36,709 nucleotides of DNA, from positions 1 through 36,709 of the forward strand of contig JBILDU010000018.1 in the NCBI GenBank assembly GCA_044352465.1. The letters run 5' to 3'. Below are positions 18,446-27,420 of the stretch, piece after piece (within the stretch, counting starts at the first letter, position 1; each line of letters begins with the position of its first letter). The position numbers were made by a program, and so were the translations under genes. Below the pieces are notes generated by a model that saw only the letters and a program-made list of their open reading frames with translations, was not told the DNA's origin and made no database searches. This stretch comes from Bdellovibrionota bacterium. Its GTDB lineage: Bacteria; Bdellovibrionota_C; UBA2361.

Positions 18446-18955
18446 TTACCGAATCGGGTTTACACCTTGAACGTGCCGGATGTAGTTGACGATATCCCAA
18501 TGCTCCGTCGTCGAAAGCTTCCAACCGTAAGCCGGCATGATCGCCATACCGCCGAAGTGGATGTAACCAAAAAAGTGTCCGTCCGGCTTCACCTTGTACA
18601 TGTCGAGTGAGATATCGGGCCCAGGCACCTGATTGGCAACTGCGCCGAGGGTGTGTTTGCCACCTTCGTAAGCGCCGTGACACGGTGAGCAATTGACTTC
18701 GAAGAGGCGCTTGCCGTTCAGCGTCGAGAGCCGATCACCCTTAATCGGGTTCTCCCAGGTGAGCGCTTCCTCGCGGCTTGGAACGTGCGATTCGAGCGAA
18801 CCAAGAGGCACCGTGTTCGGAGCCTTTGGACGCATCACGTGACCCACGTTGATCTGCCCACTCACCATATCTTGATTGAACGGGAGAGCCTGAACGCTCG
18901 TCACACTACTGAGGACGAGGCCAGCGATCGCCCCCACCAAACTCTTAGATCCCAT
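18446..18955 (-). CDS. actE: Alternative complex III subunit ActE (monoheme cytochrome c)
   Basis: A single CSPCH heme motif, the axial-Met region IMPAYG, and WDIVNYIRHVQ. ATG 18955 has GGAGG upstream. Confidence 0.88.
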   Translation of the reverse strand: MGSKSLVGAIAGLVLSSVTSVQALPFNQDMVSGQINVGHVMRPKAPNTVPLGSLESHVPSREEALTWENPIKGDRLSTLNGKRLFEVNCSPCHGAYEGGKHTLGAVANQVPGPDISLDMYKVKPDGHFFGYIHFGGMAIMPAYGWKLSTTEHWDIVNYIRHVQGVNPIR

Positions 18956-19457
18956 CGCGCACCTCCACCTCGTCAGCACCAGCGCTCTTGAGCTGCGCCA
19001 TCACCTCATCAACCTGCGCCGAATCGCACCCGACCACGACACCAAATTTATCGTTGGTAAATCGCGGATCGTACCCGACTTTCCGAAGGATGTCGGGGAT
19101 ACGGCAGAAATGAAACATCGCCAGCAGGGTTGCCACAGCACCGAAGAGAATGGTGCATTCGTAGCCAATGACCACAAAACCAGGTATCGAGATGATATCC
19201 TTCGCGCTGACCCGCATCGGCCAGTCAAGCGAACACATGATGGCGAGGGCAAAGCCGGCGCAGAGACCAACGATAGCCCCCACCAGACTCACGATCCGAA
19301 TGTTGCTCTTCGTGTGCGAGGTCGCCTCTTCGATCTCGTGGTTCGCAAACGGCGAATACACCCGATAATCGAAGTTGGCCGCCTGGACCTTCTTAATCGC
19401 ACCGATCGTATCATCGAGATACGTAAAGATGCCGACGACTGCTTTGGTTCCTTTCAT
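18945..19457 (-). CDS. actD: Alternative complex III subunit ActD (DUF3341)
   Basis: VYSPF, two TM helices, YECTILFG, YDPRFTNDKF and GADEV; lies between actC and actE. Confidence 0.9.
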   Translation of the reverse strand: MKGTKAVVGIFTYLDDTIGAIKKVQAANFDYRVYSPFANHEIEEATSHTKSNIRIVSLVGAIVGLCAGFALAIMCSLDWPMRVSAKDIISIPGFVVIGYECTILFGAVATLLAMFHFCRIPDILRKVGYDPRFTNDKFGVVVGCDSAQVDEVMAQLKSAGADEVEVRDGI

Positions 19458-19473
19458 ACGCTTTCAACCTGCC

Positions 19474-20829
19474 TTAGTGATGATCTCCGTTACCGTGACG
19501 ACGGGGAGCCGGCATGATCTCCTTGATCTCGGTGATCGCCACCGCCGGGAAGAACTTCACGAATACCGTCATGAACATACCGAACCAACCAAAGGCGCCG
19601 ATCGTGATACCGAGATCAACCCACGACCAGTTGTAACCGCCCCACGAGTACGGGAGGAACTCGCGCGCCAGCGATTGAGCAATAATATTAAACCGCTCAA
19701 ACCACATCCCGATGTTGATAATTATCGAGAGGATGAAGAGCAGGGTCATGTTGGTGCGCGCTGGCTTGTACCAAAGGATTAAAGGGGCGATACAGTTACA
19801 GAACGTCATGATCCAGAAGGCCAGCGCCAGTTCTCCGAATGGACGGAACCAGAACTGATAACGCTCGAACATGTTATTGCTGAACCAGGCGGCATAAAAT
19901 TCAGTGGCGTACGAATAGCTCACGACGCCGCTGGTGACGAGGATGAGTTTACTCATCGCATCGAAATGCTCTTCGCGAATGATTTCCTGAATACCAAACG
20001 CCTTCCGAATCGGGATCGCTAGGGTCATGACCATCGCCACACCGGAGAAGATCGCTCCCGCCACGAAGTAAGGCGGGAAGATCGTCGCATGCCAACCTGG
20101 AACGATACTCATCGCGAAGTCCCACGAGACGACGCTGTGGACCGACACCACGAGAGGGGTGGCGAAGGCAGCGAAGAGCAGGTAGGCGGCGGAGTAGTGT
20201 TTCCACTGAGTGTGGCTTCCGGTCCAGCCGAGCGCTGTAATGGTGTAGAGGATCTTGCGGAACTTGGTCTTCGCGGCATCACGGGCCGCAGCGATGTCGG
20301 GAATGAGACCGATGATGAAGAAGGTAGCTGAGACAGTTAAATACGTCGAAACAGCGAACACGTCCCAGAGCAGCGGGCTTCGAAAGTTCGGCCACAGTGC
20401 CCGTTGATTCGGGTACGGCATGAGCCAGTAGAAGAACCACACACGCCCCAGGTGGATGAGCGGAAAAAGCCCCGCGGTGGCCACCGCGAATACCGTCATC
20501 GCCTCGGCGAGCCGATAGATCGGCATACGGAATTTGGCGCGATAGAGATAGAGTACCGCAGAGATCAGAGTTCCGGAGTGGGCGATACCGACCCAGAACA
20601 CGAAGTTCGTAATATAGGCACCCCATGAGATCGGATGAGATTTACCTGACTCACCGAGCCCGTTCATGATCTGGCGAGTCCACGAGTACGCCCCGATACC
20701 GACGCAAGCGAGACAGAAGGCGAGGAGGACGTACCAGCCCGCCTTGGGTGGCTCAAGCATCTTGAGGACGAGCTCGTTAACCCGAGCGTACGTTACTTCG
20801 TTATCTTTTTTAGCCGTTGCGGTGTTCAT
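19474..20829 (-). CDS. actC: Alternative complex III subunit ActC (quinol-binding NrfD/PsrC family)
   Basis: ITNFVFWVGIAHSGTLISA, AEAMTVFAV, HLGR, WPNFRSPLLWDVFAVSTY, SVHSVVSWDFA and GWHATIFPPYFVAGAIFSG. Confidence 0.95.
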   Translation of the reverse strand: MNTATAKKDNEVTYARVNELVLKMLEPPKAGWYVLLAFCLACVGIGAYSWTRQIMNGLGESGKSHPISWGAYITNFVFWVGIAHSGTLISAVLYLYRAKFRMPIYRLAEAMTVFAVATAGLFPLIHLGRVWFFYWLMPYPNQRALWPNFRSPLLWDVFAVSTYLTVSATFFIIGLIPDIAAARDAAKTKFRKILYTITALGWTGSHTQWKHYSAAYLLFAAFATPLVVSVHSVVSWDFAMSIVPGWHATIFPPYFVAGAIFSGVAMVMTLAIPIRKAFGIQEIIREEHFDAMSKLILVTSGVVSYSYATEFYAAWFSNNMFERYQFWFRPFGELALAFWIMTFCNCIAPLILWYKPARTNMTLLFILSIIINIGMWFERFNIIAQSLAREFLPYSWGGYNWSWVDLGITIGAFGWFGMFMTVFVKFFPAVAITEIKEIMPAPRRHGNGDHH

Positions 20830-20864
20830 AATTCGATCTGCTTAAAGGCTTAACCCCTCCGAAG

Positions 20865-20884
20865 GCGCTCTCTCGCGAGAGCGC
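20865..20884 (-). other. Intercistronic hairpin between actB and actC
   Basis: Minus strand: GCGCTCTC-GCGA-GAGAGCGC, a perfect 8-bp stem with a GNRA loop. There is no U-tract, so it is more likely a stability/processing element than a terminator. Confidence 0.6.
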
Positions 20885-20892
20885 TGAATCCC

Positions 20893-23800
20893 TTACGCGT
20901 CCTCATAGCGGAGTCGCTCGAGATACGAGACCGCCGGTTGAGTGTTGAGGTGATGATCGAGCACCTTATACGCCCGCTCGTCGTGGCTCGCCTGACTGAC
21001 CCGACTGTTCGGATCGTTCAGATTACCGAAGACGATGGCTTGCGTCGGGCAGCTCTGCACGCACGCTGGCTGAATCTCACCGTCCTCAACAAGACGTCCG
21101 AGATCTTTGGCGTGGTCTTTCGCTTCCGAGATGCGCTGCACGCAGAAGGTACATTTCTCCATGATACCCATGGTGCGCTTCGTGACATCGGGGTTGAGTT
21201 GCCACGTCGCCGGCTCGACCCACTGGTAGTCCCACCAGTTAAAACGACGAACCTTATACGAACAGTTGTTCGAACAATACCGGGTACCGACGCAACGATT
21301 ATAGATCATCGCGTTGAGACCTTCGTCATTGTGATAGGTCGCGTACACCGGACATACCGGCTCGCACGGCGCGTTGTTGCAGTGCTGACACATCATCGGC
21401 TGGAAGTTGACCTGGAGCTCTTCCGCCGAGCCGTCGTAGTACCGCTCGATGCGGAGCCACGACATCTCACGCCCCTTCCAGCACTGCTCCTTCCCGACGA
21501 CCGGGATGTTGTTCTCGGCGTAGCAGGCGACGACGCACGCCGAACAACCGGTACAGGCGTTCAGGTCTATCGCCATCCCCCATTTGTATATCGGGTGCTC
21601 GCGTTGAACGTACATCTGCTTCGGCTCGTGGTGCCCCCCGCCGTGGCCACCACCGTGACCACCGCCGTGAGCGTTGCCGCCGTCCGCCGCGTGGGCCGCG
21701 GCTGCTCCGGCAGCAGCCCCAACCGGCACAACCTTCGAGCGAGCAAGATCGCGCTTCCCTTGAGAATCGTGACCTTGAAGGATGACGGTTTTGGCTTGGC
21801 CACGCGCCCGGTAGATCTCAACACCGTTACCCATAACAACGAGCGATTCAGCGCCCTTTGCCAGCGTACCCGGAATCATATCAATCACGTTACCACCGCC
21901 AACCGACTGAGCGTACCGCCCGTAGCTGGTGTGCCCTTGACCAACCGGAACGGCGATAACATCGCGGTGAACGAGGTCAGTAACATAGACCGGAACCGTT
22001 ACCTCACCGAACTTGTTTCGAGCAGTGACGAGGTCCCCCTGCGCGAGACCGAGCGTCTTGGCTGAGTCCGGATGAATCTCAGCCCACGAATCCCACACCA
22101 CCTTGGTGATGGGGTCAGGCAACTCTTGGAGCCACGGGCGATTCGCTGCCCGACCGTCGAAGCTCTTTACCGACATGTACGGAAGTAGGGTGAGCTCACC
22201 CTTCTTCGGCGCCCCGTGCTGCGATGCGGTGCTTATCTTGAACGCACCACTCGAAACCGAGACACGTGCCGGCTCGCCCCGGTTAGCAGGAAAATAGCCA
22301 CCTCGCTCGACCGACTCGAGCCAGAATTTTGCAAAATCACCCCCAGGATTGAGCTTCTTCCAGCTCGCCTTGAGGTACTCTTCGAAGTTTTTCGCCCCGC
22401 CGGAGACGTTCGTGCGCCCCGCGCGCGTGGCGATCTCGATGAGCATGTCACCGAGCGGGCGGGTGTCAAACACCGCCTGCATCACCGGCTGCATTAAGCT
22501 GTTCACTCCAGGAACTGAGCGTTCATCACCCCAACTTTCGAGCGAAGTATTGGCCGGGAGGATAAGATCCGCTGTCTCCGCGGTCTCATCGATGTGGCTT
22601 GAGAAGCTGACAACGAGCTTCGCCCGACGCACAGCGAATTTAAAGCCAACCCCAACCGGAAGTGAGAAGGCTGGGTTGGTGCCGTGCACAAAAACCACCC
22701 CATACTCACCCTTATTGAGGCCCTCAACGAGCTTGGCCATCTTGGCCGGTGACGTCTCGGGCTTACGCATCGCCGAGATATCAACCGTCTTTCCGACCGC
22801 GCCGAGCACGAGGTTCGTCAGCGCCGCAACAACGAGGAGAGGTAACGGATCGCTCGTACTGGTCGAGGCTCCGCCCGCCAGAACTAACGGCGACTGGGCC
22901 GACTTGAGGAGCTCGATGGCAACCAAGATCTTCTCCATCGAGATGCCGGTCTCGGCAGCGACATCGGCGATGCGGACACCCTTCGTCAGATTGTTAATCT
23001 GGGCACGCACATCGCTGCTTAAGTTGTCGCCCCGACCGCTCTCAACGAGCGCACCGAGAACCGCAAGGGCCATCCGCACCTCGCTCCCCGGGTTGGCTCG
23101 GAGGAAGGTATCCGCATTGGCCGCGGTGAGCGAGAGGCGCGGCTCAACGTGAACGATCCGCACCGGCTTCTCACCCTTGCGCGCCTTGCTCCAACCCCGC
23201 GCAAACTCACACGGCGAAACGAAGGTCTCGAGGAAATCAGCGCCAAAGTTGAGGACGGCGTCGGCCTTTTCGATTCGGTAGGTCGGAATACCATAGGAGC
23301 CAAAAACGAGCTCAGACGCTTTCGCGAGCGCCACCTGCTGCATCGCGTCGTACACAACGTGATCAGCGCCGAAAGCCTTTGACCAGCTCTCCATGAGCTC
23401 GGCCATCGCCCCGGAATTCTCCCCGGTGACGAGAGCGGACTTTTGGTCCGCAGCTTGCGCCTCAGCGATCCGCGCGAAAGCATCGGCCCACGCTATCGGC
23501 TGCCATTTTACCCGCCCCTGTTCGGTCCCAACACGCTCCAAGGGCTGCCGCACCCGATCAGGGTCGTAGAGGGACTGGAGGGCTGATTGGCCAAGGGCGC
23601 ACAAACCTCCCTTGTTGATTGGGTGCTCCGCGTTCCCCTCGATCTTGACTGCTCGCCCTTCGCGGGTCCGCACCTGGATACCACACCCCGCTGAGCACTC
23701 TCGGCAGGTCGAGCGGTACCACACGGCCACGCCAGGAATCTGCTCGTTCTCAGGCTTGACGTACGGGAAGACGTTTTGCGTCTTGTTCTCCGCGCACCCG

Positions 23801-23910
23801 ACAGCGCCCACCGCCGAGGCTGAGCCTAGGACTTTCAAGAAGGAGCGCCGCGACATCCCCTCGCCTGCGGCCCCTTTGCGATTGATCGATACTAATTTGT
23901 CCGTTGCCAT
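20893..23910 (-). CDS. actB: Alternative complex III subunit ActB (molybdopterin-oxidoreductase-like domain fused to a four-cluster Fe-S domain)
   Basis: Tat motif SRRSFLK with lipobox AVGC; DGRAANRPWLQELPDPITKVVWD; C-terminal Cys groups CTGCSACVVAC, CQHCNNAPCEPVCP, CVGTRYCSNNC and CTFC...PACVQSCP. Confidence 0.95.
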   Translation of the reverse strand: MATDKLVSINRKGAAGEGMSRRSFLKVLGSASAVGAVGCAENKTQNVFPYVKPENEQIPGVAVWYRSTCRECSAGCGIQVRTREGRAVKIEGNAEHPINKGGLCALGQSALQSLYDPDRVRQPLERVGTEQGRVKWQPIAWADAFARIAEAQAADQKSALVTGENSGAMAELMESWSKAFGADHVVYDAMQQVALAKASELVFGSYGIPTYRIEKADAVLNFGADFLETFVSPCEFARGWSKARKGEKPVRIVHVEPRLSLTAANADTFLRANPGSEVRMALAVLGALVESGRGDNLSSDVRAQINNLTKGVRIADVAAETGISMEKILVAIELLKSAQSPLVLAGGASTSTSDPLPLLVVAALTNLVLGAVGKTVDISAMRKPETSPAKMAKLVEGLNKGEYGVVFVHGTNPAFSLPVGVGFKFAVRRAKLVVSFSSHIDETAETADLILPANTSLESWGDERSVPGVNSLMQPVMQAVFDTRPLGDMLIEIATRAGRTNVSGGAKNFEEYLKASWKKLNPGGDFAKFWLESVERGGYFPANRGEPARVSVSSGAFKISTASQHGAPKKGELTLLPYMSVKSFDGRAANRPWLQELPDPITKVVWDSWAEIHPDSAKTLGLAQGDLVTARNKFGEVTVPVYVTDLVHRDVIAVPVGQGHTSYGRYAQSVGGGNVIDMIPGTLAKGAESLVVMGNGVEIYRARGQAKTVILQGHDSQGKRDLARSKVVPVGAAAGAAAAHAADGGNAHGGGHGGGHGGGHHEPKQMYVQREHPIYKWGMAIDLNACTGCSACVVACYAENNIPVVGKEQCWKGREMSWLRIERYYDGSAEELQVNFQPMMCQHCNNAPCEPVCPVYATYHNDEGLNAMIYNRCVGTRYCSNNCSYKVRRFNWWDYQWVEPATWQLNPDVTKRTMGIMEKCTFCVQRISEAKDHAKDLGRLVEDGEIQPACVQSCPTQAIVFGNLNDPNSRVSQASHDERAYKVLDHHLNTQPAVSYLERLRYEDA

Positions 23911-23932
23911 AACCTCTTTCTCGCTTCGAGAC

Positions 23933-24604
23933 CTACTTGTGACAGGTGTAACAATCGATGCTGGTGCCTTTTTGACGGTGGCAGTCGATACACCACCCCA
24001 TCTTCATCGAAGAGACACGCTCAACGACCGGCATACGGGGAATCTGCCCGTGACACTCATGACACGAGACCCCGGCCTTGACGTGACGCTTGTGATTAAA
24101 GAAGACGTGATCGGGCATGACGTGGACTTTCACCCACGGAACCGGCTCCCCTTTATCGTAGTACGATTTGAGCTTTTTTATCTCGGGAGAGTCGGTCTTC
24201 ACCAACTTGTGACACCCCATGCAGGTCTCTACCTCAGGGATGGCAGCGTAGGCGGCCTTCGAGACGCTCCAGTGGCAATACTGGCAGTCCATCTTGTTCT
24301 TCTGCACGTGGACGACGTGGCTAAAATTGATCGGCTGTTCCGGCCGATAGCCCTTGGCGCGCGACTCCGCCCCAAAAACGCGGAAGAAGTCGATCACATT
24401 AAGGTCCCACAGCGCGGCCTGGCCGTCGTTAAAAACCCCAGCGTGGATGTCAACGTCGGTGTACTGTTCGAGCTCAACAACCGGGGTCGGCGTCGCGACC
24501 GGGGCATCCTGAGCATCGACCGAACCGCCGTTGAATGAGGCGATGATCGCGACGAGCGCTGCGCTCACCGCGACGAGAGAGATGGCGCGTGACTTGGTTA
24601 ACAT
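23933..24604 (-). CDS. actA: Alternative complex III subunit ActA (pentaheme cytochrome c)
   Basis: N-terminal hydrophobic anchor, PEQPINFSH, five CxxCH motifs (CQYCH, CMGCH, CHECH, CIDCH, CYTCH) and MGWC. Confidence 0.95.
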   Translation of the reverse strand: MLTKSRAISLVAVSAALVAIIASFNGGSVDAQDAPVATPTPVVELEQYTDVDIHAGVFNDGQAALWDLNVIDFFRVFGAESRAKGYRPEQPINFSHVVHVQKNKMDCQYCHWSVSKAAYAAIPEVETCMGCHKLVKTDSPEIKKLKSYYDKGEPVPWVKVHVMPDHVFFNHKRHVKAGVSCHECHGQIPRMPVVERVSSMKMGWCIDCHRQKGTSIDCYTCHK

Positions 24605-24985
24605 TGAATGGGTAACCTAAAAACGACTACACCGGCAGCCGACCGGAATCTTCCCCGGTCGCTCAAACCCACCTTCCGCCGCTCGAAAGCCCCCAATACT
24701 GAAAAGAGATCACGTATCGAAAGGCCCACCACAAGCCGCACACGCATCGCATACGCCTCGTTGGGTCGCCTTTCCGCAAACGGTCCCTCAGCACGCAGGC
24801 GACGAGAGGTTCACGCCCCGAGAGACTTACTAAAATCGTAATAATCTCAAAGGCGAACGGCAGGTTCAGCGATTACATATCCTAAAAGGTGCAAATGATA
24901 AATCCGTTTTCCTGACAAAACCGTGATTTTTCTGACCGATAAAAACCGAAGGGAACAAGGAGCCGCAGCGCCCATCTGAGGCATT

Positions 24986-25089
24986 TAAAACGCTGGACCA
25001 CAAGTGCGCAGAGCCCCTTACCCGTGCTATAAGTCGGGGTGAGCATAAAACGCTGTCCCACAAATGCCAGGCCCCCCTCACCTGTGCTA
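24986..25089 (+). repeat. Imperfect direct duplication with a 60-bp period in the actA / acetoacetate-CoA ligase divergent region
   Basis: 24986-25029 and 25046-25089 align without gaps at 34/44 identities (counted by hand). Confidence 0.75.
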
Positions 25090-25093
25090 GGAG

Positions 25094-27136
25094 ATGACGG
25101 ACGAAGCCGGTCTTAACGCGTTGCGGGAAGACATCAAAAACGGAGCCGTTTGCAGAATGCACCAAACAAATCGACCTCTCCCCAAAAAAGACACCCCCCT
25201 CTGGAGCCCCGCAGCAGAGCAGCTCAGCCACAGCCAGGTCAGTGAATTCATGCGCTCAGTCGGCCAACTCTTCGCCGTCGACGTCTCGACCCCCACCGCG
25301 CTCTACGACTGGTCGGTGAAGGAAGTCGGGAAGTTTTGGGGCGCGGTGTGGGATTTTTGCGGCATCATCGCCTCGCGTCGCGCCACGACTGCGCTCTCCG
25401 ATAGTGACAAAATGCCGGGGGCTCGGTGGTTCGAGGGCGCCGAACTCAATTTTGCTCAAAACCTCCTCCGGTTTTCCGACGACCGGACAGCGTGCGTCTT
25501 TTGGGGAGAGAACCAGGTACAACGCAGCGTGAGCTTCAAGGAGCTCCATGCGCTCACCGCGCGGATCGCCACAGGCTTGAAGAACCTTGGGGTCGGGGTC
25601 GGCGATAGGGTCGCCGGGATCGTCGCCAACACCCCCGAGACGATCGCCGCAATGCTCGCCACGACCTCGATCGGGGCGATCTGGTCCTCATGCTCACCGG
25701 ACTTCGGCGTGAGCGGCATCGTTGACCGTTTCGGACAGATCGAACCGAAGGTGCTTTTTACCTGCGACGGCTATTTTCATAAAGACAGCCGCTACGATGT
25801 GGTAAGCAAAGCTGCCGAGGTTGCACGGATAGTGCCGTCGATACAGAAAACCATCGTGCTCCCATATCTCGAGCCAGAGAGACCCCTTACCGGCCTCCCC
25901 GCTGAGGTTCTTTCGCTTAGCGACTTGCAGGACGCGGAGCCCCTCTCGTTCGCTCAACTCCCCTTCGATCACCCTGTCTACATCATGTTCTCCTCGGGCA
26001 CGACCGGTAAACCGAAATGTATGGTGCACGGCGCAGGGGGCACCCTCATCGAACATCTGAAGGAGCTTGTACTCCACACCGACCTTCGGCCCGAAGATAC
26101 GCTTTTCTATCAAACGACGTGCGGCTGGATGATGTGGAACTGGCTCGTGAGCGGGCTCGCGGTGGGCGCGAAAATCGCCCTCTTCGACGGCGCTCCCTTC
26201 GCGCGAGATGGCAAGATAATCTTCGACCTTGTCGCCGCCGAAAAAGTCACCGTATTCGGGACGAACGCGAAGTTCCTCGCCGCCGCAGAAAAGGAGGGAA
26301 TCAAGCCGAGAGGAAGCCACGATCTCGCCAACGTCCGAGCTATCCTTTCCACCGGCTCACCGTTGCTCCCCGAAAGCTACGACTACGTCTATCGCGACGT
26401 CGCCCCCCACGCGTGCTTAAGCTCGATTGCGGGTGGCACCGATATTATCGGCTGCTTCGTCTTGGGCTCGCCACTCTTACCGGTTTACCGCGGAGAGATA
26501 CAAACTCGGAGCCTCGGACTCAACGTGCAGGTGTACGACGAACACGGACGTGCAGTGGTGGGAAAGAAAGGTGAGCTCGTCTGCACCGCACCGTTCCCCT
26601 CGATGCCGGTGGGATTCTGGAACGACTCGGACGGAAGTAAGTATCACAAAGCCTACTTCGAGCGATTCCCCGGAGTGTGGCACCACGGCGACTACGTCGA
26701 GCTCACGCCGCGCGGGGGAATGGTGATGTTCGGACGCTCCGATGCGGTCTTAAATCCGGGCGGGATACGGATCGGTACCGCCGAGATCTATAACCAAATC
26801 GAAAAACTCCCCGAGATCGCCGAAAGCCTCGTCATCGGACAAGAGTGGGATAACGATGTGCGGATCATCCTGTTCGTGAGACTCCAGCCGGGGATCACGC
26901 TCGATGATTCCCTCCAGGAGAAGATCCGCCGAACCATCCGCGCCAATACCACGGCTTTCCATGTCCCCAAAAAGATCGTGGCGGTGACCGACATCCCCCG
27001 AACCCGTAGCGGTAAGATCGTCGAGCTCGCCGTGCGGGAGGTTGTTCACGAGCGCCCGGTCAAAAACATCGAGGCGCTCGCAAATCCGGAGGCGCTCGAG
27101 CTTTTCCGCGCGATCCCCGAGCTCGGTAAAGCTTGA
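25094..27136 (+). CDS. Acetoacetate--CoA ligase (acetoacetyl-CoA synthetase); the start may be 25157
   Basis: PLWSP, WFEGAELNFAQNLL, WSSCSPDFG, P-loop YIMFSSGTTGKPK, TTCGWMMWNWL, GGTDI, GRSDAVLNPGGIRIGTAEIY and PRTRSGKIVE. Confidence 0.93.
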   Translation: MTDEAGLNALREDIKNGAVCRMHQTNRPLPKKDTPLWSPAAEQLSHSQVSEFMRSVGQLFAVDVSTPTALYDWSVKEVGKFWGAVWDFCGIIASRRATTALSDSDKMPGARWFEGAELNFAQNLLRFSDDRTACVFWGENQVQRSVSFKELHALTARIATGLKNLGVGVGDRVAGIVANTPETIAAMLATTSIGAIWSSCSPDFGVSGIVDRFGQIEPKVLFTCDGYFHKDSRYDVVSKAAEVARIVPSIQKTIVLPYLEPERPLTGLPAEVLSLSDLQDAEPLSFAQLPFDHPVYIMFSSGTTGKPKCMVHGAGGTLIEHLKELVLHTDLRPEDTLFYQTTCGWMMWNWLVSGLAVGAKIALFDGAPFARDGKIIFDLVAAEKVTVFGTNAKFLAAAEKEGIKPRGSHDLANVRAILSTGSPLLPESYDYVYRDVAPHACLSSIAGGTDIIGCFVLGSPLLPVYRGEIQTRSLGLNVQVYDEHGRAVVGKKGELVCTAPFPSMPVGFWNDSDGSKYHKAYFERFPGVWHHGDYVELTPRGGMVMFGRSDAVLNPGGIRIGTAEIYNQIEKLPEIAESLVIGQEWDNDVRIILFVRLQPGITLDDSLQEKIRRTIRANTTAFHVPKKIVAVTDIPRTRSGKIVELAVREVVHERPVKNIEALANPEALELFRAIPELGKA

Positions 27137-27257
27137 GCTGTCTAGAGGAGCGGACAGACGTTCCAGGGTTGCCCATCGAGGGAAGCGCGGTAACGTAATC
27201 AGCGCCCCCCTCGTCGTCATTTTTCAAATGGGCTCCCGCCGTCTTTAAAACGCCCCT

Positions 27258-27279
27258 AACACAATGAACTCATTGTGTT
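27258..27279. promoter_or_regulatory. AT-rich perfect inverted repeat, candidate operator
   Basis: AACACAATGA-AC-TCATTGTGTT (10-bp arms, 2-nt spacer), about 140 bp upstream of the 1039-aa gene. Confidence 0.45.
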
Positions 27280-27420
27280 TTATGAAATCAAAACCTCACC
27301 GAACAATGCCTCATAAAGACCTTCAAACACCATAACATCTGTGAACGTGGGGACTAGCTTAGCCTCGTAAAGTCAGGCCGCAGGGGATGCGGTCACCGGG
27401 GGCCATCCCTCAAGTAATTT

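Noticed and set aside
20938..22065. Long opposite-strand ORFs (also 22349-23152, 23612-24538, 30799-31701 and many shorter ones)
   Set aside because: They are shadows of well-supported genes in GC-rich sequence, with no motifs or ribosome-binding sites.
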